From the NCBI GenBank assembly GCA_963737655.1, contig CAVTTN010000002.1:1728001-1792000 (forward strand): 64,000 nucleotides of DNA, read 5' to 3'. Every line of letters starts with the position of its first letter. The first letter of the stretch is position 1. A model generated the notes under the pieces. It searched no databases, was not told the DNA's origin, and saw only the letters and a program-made list of their open reading frames with translations. Below, piece by piece: positions 26,906 through 36,940 of the stretch. Made by a program: the position numbers and the translations under genes. Origin of the DNA: an uncultured Planctomycetota bacterium (GTDB lineage: Bacteria > Planctomycetota > Planctomycetia > Isosphaerales > Isosphaeraceae).

Positions 26906-28651
26906 ATGAAAGTCGGGATCGTCTTCGCCGGGATCTCCATGCTCTCCCTGGCCGCCTCGGCCCTGGCCTTCGAGGGGAAGCCGGAGGACGCGAAGCTCGA
27001 ACGCTTCTTCCGCGATTATCTCGACGAGAGCTTCCGGGTCAGGCCGATGCTCGCCACCTCCCTGGGCGACCACCGGTTCGACGACCGGCTCGATGACCTC
27101 TCGCCGGACGCCCGGGCCGCCGACCGGGCCCGCGTCCGCAAGGCGTTGGCCGACCTGCCGAAGGCGGTCTCTTCCAAGGAACTCTCGCGGGATTCGCAGA
27201 TCGATTACGAGATCCTCGAACAGAGCCTCCGCCGCGAGGTCTGGCTCGACGAGAACTTCGCCCCGTTCGAGGACGATCCCAGGACCTATGGCCCGTACCT
27301 GACGGACAGCGTGTATTTGCCCCTGGTGCAGTCCACCCTGCCGAAGGAGACGAACGTCAAGAACGCCCTGGCGAGGATGGCGCTGATCCCGAAGGTGGTG
27401 GACGTGGCCCGGACCACGATCAAGGACCCGCCCAGGGTCCGGGTGGACACCGCGATCCGCCAGACCGATGGCGCCATCCACTTCTATGAATCCGAGGTGT
27501 TCGAGCTGTCCGGCCAGGCGAAGGGGTCGGGCGAGATGGGCGAGAAGGCGGCGAGGATCGTCGAGGCCCTGCGCCGCCATCGCGAGTTCCTGAAGGCCGA
27601 GGTCTTGCCGAGGTCGACCGAATCCTGGCGGATCGGGCCCGAGAAGTTCGCGAAGAAGCTGGAATTCGAGCTCGACGCGAACATCTCGGCCGACGAGGTG
27701 CTCAAGGAGGCGGAGGCCGAGGCGGTCCGCGTCGAGGCCGAGATGCTGGCGATCGCGAGGGTCCTGTGGTCGTCGATGTTCCCGACCGAGCCGGTCCCGC
27801 CGGACGACGCCCCGGGCCGACGCGCCACGGTCGCCCGCGTCCTGGCCGAGGTCGCCAGGGACCACGGCACGCCCGAGTCGCTGGTCTCCGACGCGAGGGC
27901 GACGGTCGCCCAGATCAAGGCGTTCATCGCCGAGAAAGACATCCTCGGCCTGCCCGAGCCCGACCGGTGCCGGATCGTCGAGATGCCCGAGTTCAAGCGA
28001 GGCGTGTCGGTCGCCTACCTCGAACCGGCCCCTCCTCTGGATACCCGGGGCGTCAGCGAGTACGCGATCAGCCCTCCGCCGAAGGACTGGGACGCCGCGA
28101 AGGTGGCGAGCTACCTGGGCGAGTATAACAAGGCCATGCTCAAGATTTTAACCATCCATGAGGCGTATCCCGGCCACTACGTCCAGCTCGAATACGGCAA
28201 TCGCTGCCCCTCGACGATCCGCCGGGTGCTGTACTCGGGCGTGTTCGCCGAGGGCTGGGCGGTGTACACCGAGAGGATGATGCTCGACCAGGGATTCGGC
28301 GGCGGCGACTTGAAGCTGAGGCTCCAGCAGTTGAAGTTCTACCTCCGGGCGGTGGTCAACGCGATCCTGGATAATCGGATGCACGCCGGGACCATGACCG
28401 ACGCCGAGGCGATGGAGCTGCTCGTCGGCCGGGCGTTCCAGACCGAGGGGGAGGCGCTGGGCAAGATCGTCCGGGCGAAGCTGACGAGCTGCCAGCTCTC
28501 GACGTACTTCGTCGGCCGGCTGGCGTTCCACCGGCTCCGGCAGAAGGTCCAGAGGGAGCGGGGGGAATCCTTCCGGCTCGGGAGGTTCCACGAGGCCGTC
28601 CTGGGCCACGGGACGTTGCCGGTGAAGTACCTGCCGGAGCTGGTCAAGTAG
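26906..28651 (+). CDS. DUF885-family secreted protein
   Basis: ATSLGDHRFDDRL, HEAYPGHYVQ, EGWAVYTE. Confidence 0.9.
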   Translation: MKVGIVFAGISMLSLAASALAFEGKPEDAKLERFFRDYLDESFRVRPMLATSLGDHRFDDRLDDLSPDARAADRARVRKALADLPKAVSSKELSRDSQIDYEILEQSLRREVWLDENFAPFEDDPRTYGPYLTDSVYLPLVQSTLPKETNVKNALARMALIPKVVDVARTTIKDPPRVRVDTAIRQTDGAIHFYESEVFELSGQAKGSGEMGEKAARIVEALRRHREFLKAEVLPRSTESWRIGPEKFAKKLEFELDANISADEVLKEAEAEAVRVEAEMLAIARVLWSSMFPTEPVPPDDAPGRRATVARVLAEVARDHGTPESLVSDARATVAQIKAFIAEKDILGLPEPDRCRIVEMPEFKRGVSVAYLEPAPPLDTRGVSEYAISPPPKDWDAAKVASYLGEYNKAMLKILTIHEAYPGHYVQLEYGNRCPSTIRRVLYSGVFAEGWAVYTERMMLDQGFGGGDLKLRLQQLKFYLRAVVNAILDNRMHAGTMTDAEAMELLVGRAFQTEGEALGKIVRAKLTSCQLSTYFVGRLAFHRLRQKVQRERGESFRLGRFHEAVLGHGTLPVKYLPELVK

Positions 28652-28774
28652 GGTGCATGAGATGCACCGAACCGGGTCAGGGCGACGTCCGCAACCTTCT
28701 TCCGTCCCTTGGGGAGGAGGAATGAGGTTGCGGCCCTTGGCCGCCGCAGGGTTGGTGCATTTCCTGCACCCTAC
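28648..28774. repeat. REP doublet, family A
   Basis: GTAGGGTGCATGAGATGCACC at 28648-28668 and an inverted copy at 28754-28774. Confidence 0.85.
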
Positions 28775-29202
28775 ACCATCGGGAAGAGTCCGGTGACGGG
28801 CATGAGGTCGCCGTCGGGGTCGGCCGGGAGGTTGGGGATGCTGGGCGGGGCCGCCGGGGCCTTGTTGGGCCGGTTCTGAGCGGGGCTCGGGGCCTTGCGA
28901 GGGGAGGGCGCGGGGGCGTCGTCCTCGAACCGGAAGACCAGGGGGCCGATGGCGACCTCGTCGCCCGCGCGGAGGCGGGCTTCCTCGGTGCGGTCGCCGT
29001 TGACCCAGACGCCGTGGCGGCTGCCCAGGTCGCGGATCAGGAGCCGGTCATCGGCCAGGGCGAGGCAGCAGTGCCTCCGGGAGACGGCGGGCAGGTCGAT
29101 CCGGACGTCGCACTCGGGGTGACGGCCCAGGAGGAGGACCGGACGCAGGAGGGGGACGACCGGCGCGGAGCCGGCGATCAGTGGGACGAGTCGGGCCGGC
29201 AT
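28771..29202 (-). CDS. FHA domain protein
   Basis: LGRHPECD...VSRRHC...DLGSRHGVWVNG. Confidence 0.85.
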   Translation of the reverse strand: MPARLVPLIAGSAPVVPLLRPVLLLGRHPECDVRIDLPAVSRRHCCLALADDRLLIRDLGSRHGVWVNGDRTEEARLRAGDEVAIGPLVFRFEDDAPAPSPRKAPSPAQNRPNKAPAAPPSIPNLPADPDGDLMPVTGLFPMV

Positions 29203-29792
29203 TCGTGGTCCTCGTCCTCGTCGATCTCCAGGTCCTCGCCGTCGAGGTCGGCCGGGGCGTCCTGCGGCATCTGGACGATGACCTGGATGCGGCACTTGTC
29301 GGCCACGGCGGCCGGGAGCATCTCGCGGACGGCGGCGGCCAGGGGGTTGTCCTCGTCCCGGGGGCCGTGGAGCTGGCCGGGGGGCGTGGCCGTGGGGATC
29401 GACGGCCGGAGGCGGAGGCCGGGGCCGTGGCCGCCCGCGCCGTTGCGGTCGGGGCCGTGGCGGTCCGGGCTGCGGTCCTCGGGCGCCCCGGCGACGGTCA
29501 TCTCCTGGCCGTTGCCGTCGTCGACCCGGTAGCGGATGTGGGCGATCGACAGCTCGTCACCGATCCGGAGCCGGCCCTTCTCGACCCTCTGGCCGTTGAT
29601 CCGGATGCCGTTGGTGCTGCCGAGGTCCTTGACGATCACTTCGCCGTTGTCCGGCGTCATGCAGCAATGCCGGCGCGAGACACGTATGGAATCGAGCCGG
29701 GCGTCGCACTGGGGATGGCGGCCCACGACCAGCATTTCGCGGTCCAGCGGGATGTCAGGCCCTTCATCCAAGGCCACCAAGCGTACGGGCAT
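29178..29792 (-). CDS. FHA domain protein
   Basis: VGRHPQCD...VSRRHC...DLGSTNGIRING. Confidence 0.88.
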   Translation of the reverse strand: MPVRLVALDEGPDIPLDREMLVVGRHPQCDARLDSIRVSRRHCCMTPDNGEVIVKDLGSTNGIRINGQRVEKGRLRIGDELSIAHIRYRVDDGNGQEMTVAGAPEDRSPDRHGPDRNGAGGHGPGLRLRPSIPTATPPGQLHGPRDEDNPLAAAVREMLPAAVADKCRIQVIVQMPQDAPADLDGEDLEIDEDEDHECRPDSSH

Positions 29793-30079
29793 GGGGCGAG
29801 TCCTGGACCGAAAATCTTGGCCGGTCACATAGTCTATTCGAGTGCGAGGGCCGGATACTTCATTATAGATCCGACTCCCGCCAGGTTTCCAGCGTCAAAT
29901 CGCGGAACTTGGCAAACCTGGCCATTCGCGTCGTGACGGGGCGACGCCGCCTCGCCCGGCCGGGCCGACTCTCGGCCCCGATCTCGATGCCAGGCGATTG
30001 TGAGCGTCCCTTCCGGGGCTGTCAACGAATTTTTCTCCTCCGCAAAAGGAATGCCGGCCCCTCGGGGCGGGCCGATCGA

Positions 30080-31119
30080 TCAGTGGGTGTCAAGTCTAAT
30101 TAGGTTTTGTTCGGTCCGAACAAGGCGGGCTGCCCCCCGCCGACCGGTGGCGAGCCAGCCCACCGCGTCGGCCAGGGAGGCGTCGATCGATCGAGGTTCC
30201 AGGCCCAGGGCGGCCAGGCTCCTCGAGGCGTCGAAGTGCATCGTCCTACGGGTCAGTCGCACTCCCGTGACGCTGGCCTGGGGAGATCGGCCGGTGATCC
30301 GGTCGGCCCAGAACTCGCTGGCGACGGCGAAGGCCAGGGCGACCGGATAGGGGACCCGGCGGCGGGGGGCCGGCACGCCGGAGATCGCCTCCAGCTTCGC
30401 GAACAGCGATTCCAGGGTCAGGTTCGCCCCTCCCAGGAGGTAGCGGCGGCCGGGCTCGCCCACGTCCCGGACCCGGATCAGCCCCTCGGCCACGTCGCGG
30501 ACGTCGATCAGGTTCAGCGAGCAATCCAGGAGGGCCGGGACCCTGCCCCGGCAGAAGTCCCGGATCAATCGCGAGGGGGGAGAGAGCCGCGGTCCCCGGG
30601 GCCGACCGGCATCGTCGGGTTGGCGATCAGGACCGGGTGGCCGGCGTCGGCCCGTCGCCTCGCCGCGACTTCCGCCCGGAGCTTGGAGAGGCAGTACGGG
30701 CCGACGGCGTCGCGCTCGGTGACCTCGACGTCCTCGGCGATCGGCCCGGTTCGCCTCGCGCAGGTCAGGATGCTCTCGGTGCTCACGTGGACGATCCGCT
30801 CGGCCCCCTCGGCGATGGCCGAATCCAGGACGTGGGTTGTCCCCCGGTGGTTCACGGCGTCGAACTCGCGGCGGTCGCGCACCCAGAGGTTCGGGTTCGC
30901 CGCGAGGTGGAAGACGTGCCGCGCCCCGCGCATCGCCTTGCTCACGGCCGAGGGGTCGCGGATATCGGCCCGGACGGTCTCGACCCCCTCGGGCAGGTGA
31001 TCGACGCTCGCCCCGGGCCTCTCGACCACGCGGACCCGCCGCCCTTCGCCCACCAACTGCTCGACCAGGTGGCTGCCGATGAACCCGGCTCCTCCGGTGA
31101 CGACCGTCAGTTCGTCCAT
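30080..31119 (-). CDS. NAD-dependent epimerase/dehydratase, HpnA/DFR-like (frameshift near 30580)
   Basis: VTGGAGFIG, YCLSK, NPTMPVGPGD; continues IDVRDVAEG...GRRYLLG. Confidence 0.8.
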
Positions 31120-31200
31120 GACGCGAGACTCCTGCTTTCCCTGGGCGCTCCTCCCGGCATCATGGCCGAAATGGCTCGATCGGGCGAGGCGAGTTCGCCG

Positions 31201-33310
31201 TCATCGGGGCGGGACGACGCGGAAGAGGTCGGGGGAGGGCCGGGACTCGTCGATCGGTCCCGCCAGGGGCATGGGCTCCAGGACCCCGGCCTCTCGGAGC
31301 CTCTCGAAGGCGTCCTTCGAGACGAACGGGGTGTAGCCGTAGCCTCCGGGCTTGCGGTGACGGCCGATCTCGAACCAGTCCACATAAATGTGGGTGATCC
31401 CGCGATCGGCCAGGGCCCGGCCGACCTCCCCGGGCGTCCTGTCCCGGGCGAGCGCCTCGAAGATGTCGTCGTTGAACACGGTGTTGTAGACCGGTTCATG
31501 ATTCATGTGGAACACGGCCGCCTGGCCGATCAGCAGGGGCCGGGCTCCCGGGGGGAGCGTGGCGTCGAGGCCCGCCAGCCAGGGATTGAGCCTGAGCGGG
31601 ACGTCTTTCCGGAGGAATTCGAGGTCTCCGGTCCACTCGTTGAAGGCGGTGAGCGCGGACGACCCATAGGCGAAGTTCGTCAGGGTCGCCACGGTCATCA
31701 CGAACGCCAGGATCGCCGTCCACGCCCGGGATCGCGACCAGTCCGCCCCGATCCCCGCCAGGATCGCCAGGGGGGGCAAGAGCGGGAGCCAGAAGCGATC
31801 CAGGCGGTGGGTGAAGAGCCACCACGTCGCGAAGATGTAGGACACGTAGGCCCATAAGACAAGCGAAAGCTTCCGAGATCGGGGCCGCACGAGAGCCAAG
31901 GGCGCCAGGGCGACGAAGAGGACGGATTGCCAGTCCGACCGGCCGGCGATCTCCAGGAGGGCGTCGGTGAAGGCGGGCCAGGACGGGGGCCTCGGGCCGT
32001 GGGCGGCCGACCACTGGGCCTCGTGGGCGGCGCTCCAGGGGCCTCCGCCCAGGACGTTCCAGCCCAGGGGATAGACCGGGTTGCCGTGGTCGATCACGTT
32101 CTTCGCCAGCCACGGGCCGATCGCCACGGCCAGCCCGAGCGAGAACCCCAGGACGGCCCGGGGCGACCGCCAGGCGATCGCCGCGAGGCCGAACGGGACC
32201 ACGGCCGAGATCAGCCCGGGGTACTTGCAGCCCATCGCCCCTCCGGCGAGCCCCTCCGACGACCGCCCAGGACGTCCCGGGGGCGTCTCGGCGATCCCAG
32301 GCCCAACCGGCGGCCCAGATCAGGGCGGCGTGGTAGTAGCACAAGGGGCCTTCCACGTAGGGGATCGCGGCGAGGCGGAAGATCCAGGGGGTCGTCAGGT
32401 AGACCGCCGCCGCGACCCAGGCCGCCCGGGGAGACGCCCTCTGGCTCGCGACCAGGGCGATCATCGCCGCCGCCGCCGGGGCGTGGAACATCACCAGGAG
32501 CTGACCGGCCATCGCCCCTCGCCACCAGTCGCCCAGGACGACCATCCCGAGCAGGTGGAGCATCTCCACGCCGAAGGGCATGCTCGTGTAAACATTGTGC
32601 GGCAAGAAACGGATTCGTCCGCCGAGATAGTATTCCTTCGGCCCCTGGAGGTGGTATTCCAGGCAGTCGAAATCGATCGCCGGGGTCATCGCCCCCAGGG
32701 CCATCAGCAGGAGGAACGGCCCGACGACCAGGGCGAAGCCGACGAGGGGCAGGGGGGAGGATCGCTCCTTCGGAGGGTCGTCCGGGCGAGGAGAGCGGAG
32801 GCCCCAGGCCCCGCTGAGCATCAACGCCGCGAGGCCGATCCGCACCGCCCACGGGTCCAACAGCCCGAGACGGCCGATCAGGAGCGTCAGGGCCGATAAG
32901 CCGACCATCCCCAGGCCGAACCCGACGCCCAGGCGGGCCGGCAAGCCCATCGACCGATCCGCGCCGAGCCCTTTCAGGACCAGCCCGCCCAATCCCAGGG
33001 AGGCCCCGGCGATCAGGAGGGCCGCCCCGGCGATCGGCAGGCGTTGCGGGAGGTTCTCGACGTGCCGGAGGTCGGCCGCGACCTGGCCGATCCGCGATTC
33101 CTTCCACGTGATCCCCGGGATCAGCTCGGGGACGACCTGCATCAACAAGATGCCCCGGCGGACCCGCGTCCCCTTGATGCTCCGGGCGTTCGGCAGGGGC
33201 TCGACCAGCCACCAGCCGAGGAGGACGACCTCGACGATCGCCAGGGCGATCAGGAGGGGGATCGCGGCCCGAGATCGTCGGGGGATCAGAGCATCGGCCC
33301 GATCTGCCAC
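31201..33310 (-). CDS. Multi-TM GT-C-type glycosyltransferase-like protein (frameshift near 32250)
   Basis: DFDCLEYHLQGPKEY, PYVEG; continues MGCKYPG...GNPVYP...DRFWLPLLP. Confidence 0.7.
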
Positions 33311-34851
33311 GGGGCGAACTCCTCCTCGCCGACCCCTCCGCGCTCGCTCCGGGTGGTCCGGCCCGAGGCGACGTCCAGGATCAGGTCGAACAGCCTCCGG
33401 CCGACCTGCTCGACCGGCTCGCCGTCGAGGATCGGGCCGGCGTCGAGGTCCATGTCGGCCTTCATCCTCTCGAACATCACCGAATTCGTGGCCACCTTGA
33501 TGCAGGGCGTGGGCTTCAGCCCCAGGACGCTCCCCCGGCCGGTGGTGAAGACCAGGACGTTCGCGCCCGAGGCCACCAGGCCGGTGGTGCAGAGCGGGTC
33601 ATTGCCCGGGGTGTCCATGAAGACCAGGCCCGGCGAATCGACCCGCTCGGCATACGGGACCACGTCCACCAGAGGGCTCGTGCCGGCCTTGGCCAGCGCC
33701 CCGAGCGACTTCTCGTAGATCGTCGTCAGCCCGCCCTGCTTGTTCCCGGGGGACGGGTTGTTGTTGATCTCGGCGCCGAAGAGGCCGGTGTACCACTCCC
33801 ACCACTTGATCCGCTCGATGAGCTTCTCGCCGACCTCCCGGGAGACGGCCCGGCGGGTCATCAGGTGCTCGGCCCCGTAAATCTCGGTGGTCTCGCCGAG
33901 GACGGCGGTCCCTCCGTGAGCAACGACCAGGTCGCTGGCCACGCCGAGCGCCGGGTTGGCCGTCACCCCCGAGTTGCCGTCCGAGCCTCCGCATTCCAGG
34001 GCCAGGCAGATCTTGGAGGCGGGTTGCTCGGTGCGGGCCCAGGAATTGGCCTCGGGCAGGAGGCGGTGGACGGCCTCCACGGCGGCCTCGACGGTCCGGG
34101 TGATCCCGCCCTGCTCCTGGATGTTCAGGACCCGCGGCCTCTCCGATTTCGGGCCATTTCGAGGGGCCGCGCCGAGCGTGAGGAGGTCTTTCGACTCGAC
34201 GAACTCGCTCGCGGCGTTGACCTCGCAGCCCAGGCCGACGATCACATACGCGGCCACGTTCGGATGGTTCGCGAACCCGGCCAGGACGCGCTCCAGGACT
34301 TGATGATCGGCCCCCCCGGCGGGCATGCTGCACCCGCCCTTGTGGGTGATCGCGAACACGCCGTCGACGTTCGGGAAATCCCGCTTCCAGGAATCGTCGC
34401 GGAAGCGTTCGGCGATGTAGCGCGACGTGCTGGCCGAGCAATTGACCGTGGAGATCACGGCGACGTAGTTCCTCGTGCCGACCCGGCCGTCGGGGCGGAG
34501 GTAGCCGAGGAACGTCCGGGGCTCGACGCTCGGAGGGGGCGGTGCGGGCTCGGAGGCGAAGGCGTAATCGCGCTCGAAGAGGTCGGCCGAGACGTTGTGG
34601 ACGTGGACCCAGGCGCCTCGGGGGATCGGCTTCGAGGCGAACCCGATGACCTGGCCGTACTTGACGATCGGCTCGCCCGGGGCGATGTCGCGGACGGCCA
34701 TCTTGTGGCCCAGGAGGATCGGCTCCCTCGCCTCGACGACGTCCGGGCCGAACTCCAGGACGGCCCCCCTGGGGATCGGCCGGGAGGCCACGGCCACGGA
34801 GTCCTCGGGCCTGAGCAGGACCGCCCGTCGCGGCCCGGTCGCCGTCGCCAT
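33286..34851 (-). CDS. uxaA: UxaA-family altronate/galactarate dehydratase
   Basis: SAF domain (GHKMA...KYG), GRVGTRNY, ECGGSD, NNNPSPGNKQGGLTTIYEKSLG. Confidence 0.88.
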   Translation of the reverse strand: MATATGPRRAVLLRPEDSVAVASRPIPRGAVLEFGPDVVEAREPILLGHKMAVRDIAPGEPIVKYGQVIGFASKPIPRGAWVHVHNVSADLFERDYAFASEPAPPPPSVEPRTFLGYLRPDGRVGTRNYVAVISTVNCSASTSRYIAERFRDDSWKRDFPNVDGVFAITHKGGCSMPAGGADHQVLERVLAGFANHPNVAAYVIVGLGCEVNAASEFVESKDLLTLGAAPRNGPKSERPRVLNIQEQGGITRTVEAAVEAVHRLLPEANSWARTEQPASKICLALECGGSDGNSGVTANPALGVASDLVVAHGGTAVLGETTEIYGAEHLMTRRAVSREVGEKLIERIKWWEWYTGLFGAEINNNPSPGNKQGGLTTIYEKSLGALAKAGTSPLVDVVPYAERVDSPGLVFMDTPGNDPLCTTGLVASGANVLVFTTGRGSVLGLKPTPCIKVATNSVMFERMKADMDLDAGPILDGEPVEQVGRRLFDLILDVASGRTTRSERGGVGEEEFAPWQIGPML

Positions 34852-35089
34852 GAATCCCGCCCCTCGCCCGAGTTCCGGCCGATCTCCTCACCACGGCCAT
34901 CGTAGTGCCCGCCCGGCGATTTGGGAATGGGAGGCCGCCGGGCCGACGGGTTGCTCCGGTCGAAGGGATTGCGGGGGTGAGGCGGAAAATCGCCCGATCC
35001 GGGCGGTCGGCTTGATCGCCTGGGACGCTCAGAGTATGTTTGCACGCTGCGACGATGGCGGTTGCCGAAATCGGGCGGGGGGCACGCCG

Positions 35090-36046
35090 ATGAGCATCGC
35101 GTTTTCTTGCCATTTCTGCTCTCGGAAATATCGGGTCGATGACGGCCTCGCGGGCCGGAAGGTCAAGTGCAAGGAGTGCGGGACGGAATTGTCCATCCCC
35201 ACGCCCCGGACCATGGCGACGGCGAGCAGGCCCTCGGCCCAAGGCGGCGACCTGTACGGGCTGGACGACGAGGCCCCATTGCCCCCGCCCCGGAGGCCGG
35301 GGATGGTCGTCGAGAAGCCGAAATCGTCGCGGTCCCGCAGGAACTCCGGCGCGGATGGCGGCGACCAGTGGAAGCGATCGGGGATCAGCCTCCTGATCTT
35401 CGGCGCGGGGGCGGTGATCCTGCCCCTGATCGGCCTCCAGTGGAGGCTGCTCAGCTTCCTGCCTCCGGCGGCGCAGATCGGCCTGGGGATGCTCATGCTC
35501 CTGGGCGGGATGTTCTGCCTGTTGACGTCGTCGATGGGCTTCCTGAAGGCGCTGGGGTTCTCGGTCCTGGGGCTGGTCGTCGGCATCCCGGCGTTCCTGG
35601 TCCTGGTCGGGATCGGCCTGGAAGCGGCCGGGGTGCAGCCGCCTCAGCCGGGCAACAACGGCGGGGCGAACGTGGCCCAGGATGACGGCGGCGTCCCTCC
35701 TCCGGCCAATCCCGTCTTCATCCCTCCTCCGGCCCCCCCGGCGCCGATCCAGCCGCCGAACTTCGGCCAGCAGCCGGGCAATCCGAACTTCGGCCAGCCC
35801 CAGGGCCCGAACTTCGGTCAGCCCCAGGGTCCGAACTTTGGGCAGCCGCAAAATCCGAACTTCGGTCAGCCGCAAAATCCCAATTTTGGACAGCCTCAGG
35901 GTCCGAATTTCGGCCAACAGCCGGGCAATCCGAACTTCGGTCAGCCCCAGGGCCCGAACTTCGGCCGGATCAATCGGCCGAACTTCGGCCGTCCGCCCGG
36001 GATGCCGAGCATGCCCCGAGGCCCGCAGTTCGGTCCCCGTCACTGA
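35090..36046 (+). CDS. Zinc-ribbon membrane protein with C-terminal PNFGQ repeats
   Basis: CHFC...CKEC, about 3 hydrophobic segments, low-complexity tail. Confidence 0.8.
   Translation: MSIAFSCHFCSRKYRVDDGLAGRKVKCKECGTELSIPTPRTMATASRPSAQGGDLYGLDDEAPLPPPRRPGMVVEKPKSSRSRRNSGADGGDQWKRSGISLLIFGAGAVILPLIGLQWRLLSFLPPAAQIGLGMLMLLGGMFCLLTSSMGFLKALGFSVLGLVVGIPAFLVLVGIGLEAAGVQPPQPGNNGGANVAQDDGGVPPPANPVFIPPPAPPAPIQPPNFGQQPGNPNFGQPQGPNFGQPQGPNFGQPQNPNFGQPQNPNFGQPQGPNFGQQPGNPNFGQPQGPNFGRINRPNFGRPPGMPSMPRGPQFGPRH
35756..36001 (+). repeat. Ten 24/27-bp coding repeats (PNFG...)
   Basis: PNFGQPQG, PNFGQQPGN and PNFGQPQN units. Confidence 0.9.
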
Positions 36047-36174
36047 GAAAAAACGCCGACCGCCGAGAAGATCCGGCCCCGGGGAGCGAATCCCCCGGGG
36101 CCGGGCCGGTTTGTGGGGGCCCCACCCACTCCGCCCCGTGGTCTCGGATCGCCTGGACCGGAGGTGCCCTCGCC

Positions 36175-36936
36175 GTGTCGATCGAGGTCGAAGATTATCA
36201 CAAGGTCTACAAGGACTTCGTGGCCGTCCAGGGCGTGTCGTTCCGGGTCGAGCCGGGCGAGGTGCTCGGCCTCGTCGGCCCCAACGGCGCGGGCAAGACG
36301 ACCACTCTGCGGGCCCTGGCCGGCATCTTGGAGCCGACCCGCGGCCGAATCCGGATCGACGGCCACGACCTGAGCTCCGACCCGGTGCCGGCCAAGGCCG
36401 CGCTGGCCTACGTCCCGGATGACCCGAAGCTGTTCGACAGCCTGACGGTCTGGGAGCACTTCCGGTTCATCGCCTCGGCCTACAAGCTCGGCCCCGACTG
36501 GCCGGAGAAGGCCGAGCGGCTGCTCTCCCAGTTCGAGCTCACGGAGAAGAAAGGCGCGCTGGCCTCCGAGCTCTCCCGGGGGATGCGGCAGAAGGTCGCC
36601 ATCGGCTGCGGCTACCTCCACGACCCGAAGGCCATCCTCCTGGACGAGCCGCTGACCGGCCTGGACCCTCGCGGCATCCGCACGATGAAGGAGACGATCC
36701 TGGAGAGGGCCGACGCCGGGTCCGCCGTGATGGTCAGCTCCCACCTGCTCTCGCTGGTGGAAGACCTCTGCACGACGATCCTGATGCTCGACCGAGGGCG
36801 GGTCGTCCTCCGGGGGAGGCTGGACGACCTGATCCGCGAGGCGGCGGAGTCGGGCCGGGCCGAGACGTTGGAAGACATGTTCCTCCGTTTGACCGAAACC
36901 GAGGCCGACAAGACGGCCGCCGCCCCGGAGGTCTGA
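36175..36936 (+). CDS. ABC transporter ATP-binding protein
   Basis: GPNGAGKTT, LSRGM, LLDEP, SSH. Confidence 0.93.
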   Translation: MSIEVEDYHKVYKDFVAVQGVSFRVEPGEVLGLVGPNGAGKTTTLRALAGILEPTRGRIRIDGHDLSSDPVPAKAALAYVPDDPKLFDSLTVWEHFRFIASAYKLGPDWPEKAERLLSQFELTEKKGALASELSRGMRQKVAIGCGYLHDPKAILLDEPLTGLDPRGIRTMKETILERADAGSAVMVSSHLLSLVEDLCTTILMLDRGRVVLRGRLDDLIREAAESGRAETLEDMFLRLTETEADKTAAAPEV

Positions 36937-36940
36937 CCTC

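Noticed and set aside
35756..36001. Possible CRISPR or non-coding repeat array
   Set aside because: Units are multiples of 3 with synonymous variation inside a CDS.
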